From Rhynchobatus australiae (lineage: Eukaryota), in assembly GCA_034780895.1 (NCBI GenBank), contig JAUZTB010000070.1, positions 15,486,103 to 15,550,102 on the forward strand: DNA of 64,000 nt, given 5' to 3'. Within the stretch, counting starts at the first letter, position 1; each line of letters starts with the position of its first letter. This document shows, piece by piece, positions 55,561 through 64,000 of the stretch. Position numbers and translations under genes: made by a program. Below the pieces are notes generated by a model, which did not search any database, had not been told where the DNA came from, and was given only the letters and a program-made list of their open reading frames with translations.

Positions 55561-58500
55561 GAATTCTGGAAAACAAAACTCTCCGCTTCATCTCCCACCC
55601 AGGCTCTGAAATCAGATCAGCTTCACCCCAGGCTTAAAATGTGAGCCTATTAGAACCGTAGAAAGTTGTGGCACACAAAGGAGACATTCGGCCCATCCTG
55701 TCCATACCAGCCAAAAATGGGCAACTATTTAGTTTCCAGCTGGGCTCGACAATTCCATTGTCAAATCCTCAGCAAATAAAGCAGCCCGTGCAAAATTCTC
55801 GGCAACAGTCAGGCAGGGACTAATGACAGACGGGCAACATGCACCTCACAAGGCAATGGCCACTTCCAACAAAACAGTCTAGCTATCTACCCTTGACATT
55901 CACGTGTATGTGCCGAGTCCTCCACTGTCAACATCCCGGGGCTCACATGACCAGAAACTTAACCTGACCACGTTAAAAGAGCAACTCAGAGACTAGGTGT
56001 CCTGCAGAGAGTGACTCACCTCCTGACACCCCAAAGCCTCTCTACCATCTCCAAGGCACCAATGGAATACTCTCCACTTCCCTGAATGAGTGCAGTTCCA
56101 ATATCTCTCAAGATGTCACTGTCCAGGACAAAGAAGCCCACTAGATTGGCAACCCATCAACCACCCCAAACATTCAGTCCCTCCCCCAACAGCATGCAAT
56201 GGTGCAGTATATGCCATCGACAAAATGCACTGCAGTTACTCACCCAGACACTCCAACAGCACCTCCCAAACCTGTGAACTCTTCTTCTAAGATGGACGAA
56301 GTCAGCAGGTACATGGGAACACTGCCCTTGAAGTGGCGTGCCACTCTGGCTAGGAAATATATCACCAATCCCTCAGTGTTGCTGGGTCTAAATCATGGAA
56401 CTTCCACTCAAAAGAACAGTGAGACTACCTTCATCAGAAGAATTGCAGCAGTTGTAAAAGGTGGCTCACATCACCTTCTCAAGAGCCATTAAAAATGGGT
56501 GATAATGCTGGCCTTGCCAGTGATGCCTAGATCCGAAAAATGAAGATTTAAAGAAGTTTTCATTCAAGAACCTTTCACTGTGATGAAGGTTTCTGCCTCC
56601 TCCACCCTTTCAGTCCATGAGCTTCACACCCCCATTGGTCTGAGGGAAAGAAAATTCCTCCAACCTCCTCCAATTTTTCTACAAATCTCTACATCATTGA
56701 CCTCTCTGGTTATGAAATTTGATCTTTCCTGTTCACCCCTTCCAGGAGTCTCATAATTTGAATTCCCTTAGTTCTGCTACTTCCCTTTCAGTGGTCCCTT
56801 GAGTTAGAGGGTAACTTGCTTCTGCTCGAGATGGGCGGTGTGAAAGATGCTCTGCATGAATTCTTTGAACAAGGACATATTGCTCACCAGTTACCACATA
56901 GACTAGACCAAGTGAATTCTTGGTCAAATGGTGATGAGGTCCAAGATGATTGGAGCCTAGGCTGACAGGCTTAGAGCACACACATGTGGGCACACATGCT
57001 GACACTCACAATTTAAGCACACAGTCACACTCTCATTTAAATGTGCCTTTAGTCTCTTTTGTTCCAAGGAAAATAACCCCAAGATGGGCAAATTCCCCTT
57101 GATGCTGAAATTTTCCATCCCTTGTGTCTTGCTGTTAGATCTCTGTACAATCTCATATTCTCTTGCTTCCCCCTTCCCCACTGCCATTCACTGGGATGTG
57201 GTAATCTTAATCTTTTGTGTGTTCATATAATCTGATTTCCCTTTGCTGCCTATTCTACCCATCTCTCTGGTCCACACCCCTATATCTTTTTATTTGTTTC
57301 TCCTCTACCATCTCAATCACATTCTGTCATCTCTTCAATCTCTTCACATCACCTTTCATTTCTCCCTTCTCAGAACCCAGGCTCCACTCAATCCCTGTTC
57401 ACAGGGANNNNNNNNNNNNNNNNNNNNNNNNNNNNNNNNNNNNNNNNNNNNNNNNNNNNNNNNNNNNNNNNNNNNNNNNNNNNNNNNNNNNNNNNNNNNN
57501 NNNNNNNNNNNNNNNNNNNNNNNNNNNNNNNNNNNNNNNNNNNNNNNNNNNNNNNNNNNNNNNNNNNNNNNNNNNNNNNNNNNNNNNNNNNNNNNNNNNN
57601 NNNNNNNNNNNNNNNNNNNNNNNNNNNNNNNNNNNNNNNNNNNNNNNNNNNNNNNNNNNNNNNNNNNNNNNNNNNNNNNNNNNNNNNNNNNNNNNNNNNN
57701 NNNNNNNNNNNNNNNNNNNNNNNNNNNNNNNNNNNNNNNNNNNNNNNNNNNNNNNNNNNNNNNNNNNNNNNNNNNNNNNNNNNNNNNNNNNNNNNNNNNN
57801 NNNNNNNNNNNNNNNNNNNNNNNNNNNNNNNNNNNNNNNNNNNNNNNNNNNNNNNNNNNNNNNNNNNNNNNNNNNNNNNNNNNNNNNNNNNNNNNNNNNN
57901 NNNNNNNNNNNNNNNNNNNNNNNNNNNNNNNNNNNNNNNNNNNNNNNNNNNNNNNNNNNNNNNNNNNNNNNNNNNNNNNNNNNNNNNNNNNNNNNNNNNN
58001 NNNNNNNNNNNNNNNNNNNNNNNNNNNNNNNNNNNNNNNNNNNNNNNNNNNNNNNNNNNNNNNNNNNNNNNNNNNNNNNNNNNNNNNNNNNNNNNNNNNN
58101 CAAGTGAGGCCTTTGTTTCCCCCTTGCCCTTTGGTCACTCTGAACACAACCACCCCACCCCCCCCCCCCCCCCAGGCTGCCCATGATCTATTCTGCCTAA
58201 AGCAGCACTTTGTTTTGACTCCACTGCTCTGTTTGCAAGTTGAACATCTAAGCTATTAATTTCAGATTCTGGGGTAGTCTCCCATGTGTGACAGAGTCTC
58301 CCCCTGCTGCTCAACTGGAGCAACAGCCTCTGCACTGTGTCCAACAGGGAGGCAGGCTCATCCCCTCCTCTGCTCTATGCTGTGGCCTCGACACTGCGCA
58401 TAACCACCACCACCGACTCTCTCCCACCATTCATTTCCCTCTCTCATAGTTATGCCGCTTTGCCTTAAATGTGTCTCTGCTGTTCACCTCAGCCTCTCCC

Positions 58501-60399
58501 TGTGGCAGTGAATCCAGAGTCTCCCCACTCTCCTCCTAATTCCCCTCCAGATATTTTGCTAATATTGATGGGGTTGAGTCCATCTATTTAATGTATTCAG
58601 TCCTAAGAAATGAATGTACTGGCAATCTTTGCATTTATTATTCATCACTAACAAGAAGGCAGGTAAGAGCCAACCACATTGACCAGACTGGGTAAAAGCA
58701 GCAGATTTCCTTCTCGGGACGTTATTGGCTCAAATGGGATTTGTGACAATCCAGTGGATTCATGGTCATTACTTGCTTTTCATGCCAGATCAGCTGAATT
58801 TAAATTCCAAGCTGCAGTGATGGAATTTAAACTCATCTTCCCAAATGATTAGCTCAGTAGCTTTGCCACCATACTGCTGCACCCAGGGCTCACACAACAG
58901 TAACTTGTCTCTATAACAGTGTAAAGAATAGGAGCAGGAGTAGGTCAATCAACACCCTGTGTCTGTGCCACCTTTCAGTAAGATCATGGCTGATCTATTA
59001 CCTCCGTACCACTTTCCCGCACTATCTCCATTTTTATCGAAACAAGCCTTTAAGTCAGGTAATAGATTGATTCAGAGACAAAGTGGAAATTAGGCTTGAT
59101 CAGAGATCACCTAAAGAGAGAGAAGTTGAAAGGAGGGAATTCCATAGTTTACGGCCTTGACATCTGAAGGAATGGCTACCACTGGTGGAGTGATTAAGTT
59201 CAGTGATTGTCTTCAGGCCAGCACTGGAGGAGCACAGAGATCTTTAGTAAATGGAGCTCTGGTTGAGCTTATGGAGATAGGAAGGGATAGAGACCATGGA
59301 CAGTTTTGGATGCAAGGATGAAAGCTTTGGAATTGAGACATTGCTTTAACAGGAGCCAGTGTGGGAATAAGCACAGGTGTAATGGGTAATCAGTGTGAGT
59401 TAAGACACAGTCAAGGAAGATTTGGAAGAGCTGAAGTTTAGAAATAAATGTAGAGCATCCACAGTCACTGTGTAAAATAACACCAGCTAGCACAAGAACA
59501 CACAAATTGATTGAACATATAATCTAGCTAATTTATTTTGATGATGTTTATTACGAGAAGAAATATTGACCCCAGAACCTGCAGCAAGCAGATCTGCAGA
59601 CTAGCTCAGCCCTAAGACTAGCATTGTTGAGGTAACTATTGCTCACCATTCGAGACATTATGCCTGTGCCAGCTCTTTGCAAGAGCTCCCCAGTTAGTCC
59701 CACTACCTAATCTGTCCCCATAACCCTGCACATCTTTTCCTGTAAGTAGATATCCAATTCGCCTGTGAAAGTTCCCATTCAAATGGAGCCACAGCTGACA
59801 TTGTTCCTGTTAAAATCTGAAACAATTTGACCAAATCAGCCCTTAAACTTTTGGTTTCCAGGCAGTCCAAACCTGGTTTCTGCAACTATAGAATCAAAGA
59901 AAATTTACCGCCTAGAAACAGAAGAAGACCATTCAGCCCATCATGTCTGTGCAGGTCAAACAAAGCACTTAATCCCACCTTCCAACGCTTGTTCCATTGT
60001 CCTGAAGGTCAGGATTCTTCAAGTGTGCATTCAGGTTCTTTTTAAATGTGGTGAGGGTTTCTGCCTCTACCACCCTTTCAGTAACTGAGCTCCACAACCT
60101 GCTGGGTAAAAAGACTTTTCCTCATCTACCCTCTAATCTTTCTACCAAATTAAGGATGCAGTTGTGCTGGAGAGCGTGCAGAGGAGATTCACCAGGGTGT
60201 TGTGTGGACTGGAGCATTTTAGTTATAAGGAGAGTGGATAGGTGAGTTTGTTTTTTCTAGAGCAGAGGAGACTGAGGGGTGACCTGATAGAGAGACAATA
60301 CAATTATGAGGGGGGATATACAGAGTAGACAGTGAAACTCTTTTTCTCATGGTGGGTGTGTCTAAGACAAGAGGGTATAGATTTAAGGTGAATAGTCTC

Positions 60400-61290
60400 T
60401 GACTATCTACTCTGTCTATGCCTCTTATAATTTTATAGAGCTCAGCCTCCTTCGCTCCAGGCAAAACAAACCCAGTCTGTTCAATCTCTTCCCAATAACT
60501 AAAGTCTTCCAATCCAGTCAACATGGCAAATCTCTTCTGCACTCTCTTCAGTGCAACCATATCTTTCCTATNNNNNNNNNNNNNNNNNNNNNNNNNNNNN
60601 NNNNNNNNNNNNNNNNNNNNNNNNNNNNNNNNNNNNNNNNNNNNNNNNNNNNNNNNNNNNNNNNNNNNNNNGTTCAACCATATCGTTCCTATAGTGCAGT
60701 GACCAGAGCTACATACAATACTCCAAGTGCAGTCTAACTCGTGTTTTGTAAAGTTGCAATGTAATGTCCCAAATTTTAAACCCCAAACTAGGAGTCATGT
60801 GCTTTCTTCACCCCTCCCATCTACCTGTGCTGCTACTTTTAGGGAACTCTGGACTTGGACTCCAAGGTCTCTCAAACCATCAACATTCCTTAGCACCCTA
60901 CCATTTACTGTATATGTCCTACCCCTACTTGACTTCCCAAAATGGATTACTTGGCACTTGTTGGGTTAAATTCCACCTGCCAAGGCTCTGGTCAACATTC
61001 CATCTGATTTATATCCTGCTGTAGTCTTAGACAACCTTCTTCGCTCTTCATAACACCACCAACTTTCATGTCATCTGCAGATTTACTAATCATACCTTCT
61101 AGATTAACATCCATGTTCATAATAATAAGGGTCCCACCACCAATCCCTACAGTCCACCACCAGTCACAGACGTTCGATCAGAAAAGTTTCCTTCCACCAC
61201 TCCCCTCTGCCTCGTATCACCAAGCCAATTTTGGATCCAACTAGCCAGCTCGCCTTGGATCCCTTGTACCTTCCTGATCAGCCTACCATA
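60400..61290 (-). mobile_element. Decayed CR1-type LINE RT fragment
   Basis: RKDMVALKRVQKRF...LYKIIRGIDRVDSQRL; ADD-like gcagatgac on the minus strand near 61050. Confidence 0.7.
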
Positions 61291-61339
61291 GATTCTAGAA
61301 CAATTTCCACAGATGGGAAGTTAATATACATGTAATCAC

Positions 61340-62160
61340 ACTGTTTAAGAACCCAGGGTGAGAGAAAACAAGGAACCACAGACCAGTTAACATGACATCT
61401 GTGGTTGGGATGAGGTGTATTTAGACTTTCAGAAGGCCTCCAGTAAGGTGCCACACAAAAGGTAGTTAAACAAAACTGATGCACATGGAGTTGGGGACTG
61501 GTGCAGATCGAGGACTTGCTAACAAACAGAAAATTTTCAGAGGGTAGGGTCATTTTCCAGCTGGGAAGCTGTGATTAGAGGGGGGCACAGTGATTGGTGC
61601 TGGAACCTCAACTGCTCACAATTTGTATCAATGATTTGGCTAAGAGGACCAAATGTAATAAATCCACATTACCTGATGAGACAAAGTGGAATGTCAGTGT
61701 GGGTTGTGAGAAAGCCGAGAGGCTTTGGTTGGATATGGACAAGCTAAGTGATTGGGTGAGGATGTGGTAGCTGGAATATCAGAGGTTTCTTTTGTGCTGA
61801 GAGATTTAAAAGTCTTGGTGTTCAGAGCAAACTGAGTGCCCTTCAATCACTGGAAATTAATGTGTAGTTAATGGAAGCAGTTAGGAAGGCAAATTGTGTA
61901 TTAACTTCTATTACAAGAGGAGTTGAGTACATGAATAAAGGTACAACTATTGCAACTATATAAGGTCCTATTGAGACGTACAGGTTTGTTCTCTCTATGT
62001 AATTTAGAATGACATGTGATAGAATACAACAGAGCTTCAGAGAGGATGGAGGGTCTGAATGAGGAGAGATTAAGGACCCTCTAGTTTTTAGAAGAATGAG
62101 AGATGACCTCATTGAAACCTACAAAATTCCTATGGCACTTAACAGAATAGGTGCAGGGAT
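61340..62160 (+). mobile_element. Decayed CR1-type LINE RT fragment
   Basis: gtatttagactttcagaaggcc (YLDFQKA-like) through agaagaatgagagatgacctcattgaaacct. Confidence 0.65.
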
Positions 62161-62164
62161 GATG

Positions 62165-62690
62165 TTAGGATAAGGGTGGGAGTAGACCACTTAGCCCAGG
62201 AAGCTTCCTCCACTATGCAGCAAGATCATAGCGGATCTTTTATCTCAACACCATTTTCTTGCCCTATCTCTATATTCCTCAATTCTTCTAATACCCTGAA
62301 ATCTATTGATCTGGGTTCTGAATGCAATCAATGATTGACCCTGCAAAGAGAATTCCACAAACCTTTGAATGAATATATCTTATTTCAGTCCTCAATGGTC
62401 TTGCTGTTATTTTGAGACCACGACCCTGGATCTGTCAGCAGCTGGGAGAAACATTCTCCCCATATCCACCCTGTCACGCTGTCTAAGAATTTAATGTGTT
62501 TCAATGAGGTCATCTCTCATTCTTCTAAACTCTGGGGAACAGAGGCCTGGCCTACTCAATCTTTTCTCATAGGTCAGACCTGCCATCGCAGGAACCAGCC
62601 TGTGCATCTTATGCTGCACTCCCTCCACAGCAGGTACAAAATACTCCAGGTGTGCCCCTACTCTTTTACTCAAATACCCATGCAATGAAG
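62165..62690 (-). mobile_element. CR1-type LINE 3' fragment
   Basis: [28 protein letters not shown]. Confidence 0.8.
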
Positions 62691-63769
62691 GTTAGACTCG
62701 CTTGAATCAAGCTTTAGAGTCACAAAATAAAAGGTCAGCTGTTCAGGAGTAAAATGAGGGTTATGAATCGTTAGAATCCTCGACCCAAAGAGGGCTTAGT
62801 CGCTGAGTTTATTAAAGACAGATTGATTTTTGAATACTAAGGGTTCAAGGGATATGCAGAAAAGTGGCGCTGAGGTGATAGATCAGCCGTAACCTGACTG
62901 CAGCATAGTGGCACAAGGCTCCTCCGGCTGGTTTTACGGTTCCTGGAGAGACAGCCCCACCAACTGGGAACTACAGGAATAGCGCTGCTCGGTGGTGAGG
63001 GCAGAATTCCTGGGACCACAGCAAACGTCTGCTGTTGGAGCCACCTGTTATGTTTAAACAGCGATCTCATACATTTGAATGTGGTTCCCACTCCTGTGGA
63101 AAGATACAGGTGCTCGAGTTATCACTTTGTTTGAACGATTTAATGTTTTAATTATTTGTTTGTATCCAAATGCATTTTAATTACATGTGTATACTTTGTA
63201 TTTAATTATTTAAATATATATTTAAATATCTTTGGTTGTTAGGAACATTTAAAAGCTGTTGAACTGGCTTTGACAAAAGCTGGTTGTTCCCGGAGGTGGG
63301 GCTGCCTCGGGTCTACTTGTTGCTGGGTTCCTGCCTCCTGGGTGCGGAGAGTTAGTTCTCTACATCCGGAAAAAAGTCCGGGTGGTGGAGACTGCAGGCA
63401 CCAACTTCAGGCAGCAGGTGGGGTTTTGGCCAATATACCGGGAGTGTTTGTTTCTGAATTTGCCCGAAGAAAGAAAGATGCAAATGTGAATTTCATACTA
63501 AGATTCAATCTGTAACATTTCTTTCACCCGTTCATCTAACAGCGCAAATAACTGTCAAAAACTGTTAGTGTATTCAGCCCTTGAGACTGTTCAATCATTC
63601 AGTTATCTGAACTCCATGTTAACGGCAAAAAAAAGAACCAAAGGGAAGTTGTTGCAGGGGTACAGGGAAATAAGGAGAATGGAATGGGAATAATGGGACT
63701 GCTCCCATAGGAACTGACATGGACCCAATGGACCAAATGGTCCCCTGTATCATTATTAATATAAGAGCA

Positions 63770-64000
63770 GAGGTGTTCTGCAAGGTGATTTTTTTTCTTC
63801 CTCCAGTGTAGAGGAGACCACATCACGAGCACTGAATGCAACGTAACGCAACTGGAAGAAGTGCAAGTGAATTGCTGCTTCACTTGGAGCGGGTGCTTGG
63901 TTTCCTGGAAAGTGTGAAAGGCAGAGACAAAAGGGCAGATGTTGCGTCTCCTGAAGTTGCATGGGAAGGTGCCGTGGTGGTGAAGTTGGAAGTGTGAACC
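63770..64000 (-). mobile_element. Penelope-like element GIY-YIG fragment
   Basis: KQQFTCTSS...HLAEHLCS remnant, similar to the copies at 37-39 kb. Confidence 0.6.

Noticed and set aside
57217-58259. Long ORFs of 260-340 aa
   Set aside because: Artefacts of translating an N gap; the same applies to ORFs over gaps at 6.5, 11.0, 17.6 and 41.1 kb.

Overview
Eukaryotic vertebrate genomic DNA from a gapped draft assembly. The repeat landscape (HE1/V-SINE-like and SacSINE/AmnSINE-like SINEs, CR1, L2 and RTE LINE debris, Penelope-like elements) suggests a cartilaginous fish, probably a ray; this is an inference. The window is dominated by a minus-strand CPAMD8 gene (thioester/alpha-2-macroglobulin family). 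I traced 36 coding exons from the ATG at 54813 down to 457. All are flanked by GT-AG sites with compatible phases, giving 4791 nt (1597 aa), and the gene continues off the left edge. A CpG-rich, GC-box promoter lies upstream, and 55.6-64 kb is mostly retroposon debris. Most ORFs in the supplied track are spurious. The best leads are: (1) a candidate small secreted peptide-precursor gene nested antisense in CPAMD8 intron 27, with a CCAAT/TATA/CRE cassette upstream and weak resemblance (from memory) to motilin/ghrelin precursors; (2) an intact minimal hammerhead ribozyme in a Penelope-like element tail, plus decayed copies; (3) a ~2 kb two-LTR element in intron 6 whose interior holds chained open frames of unknown identity.
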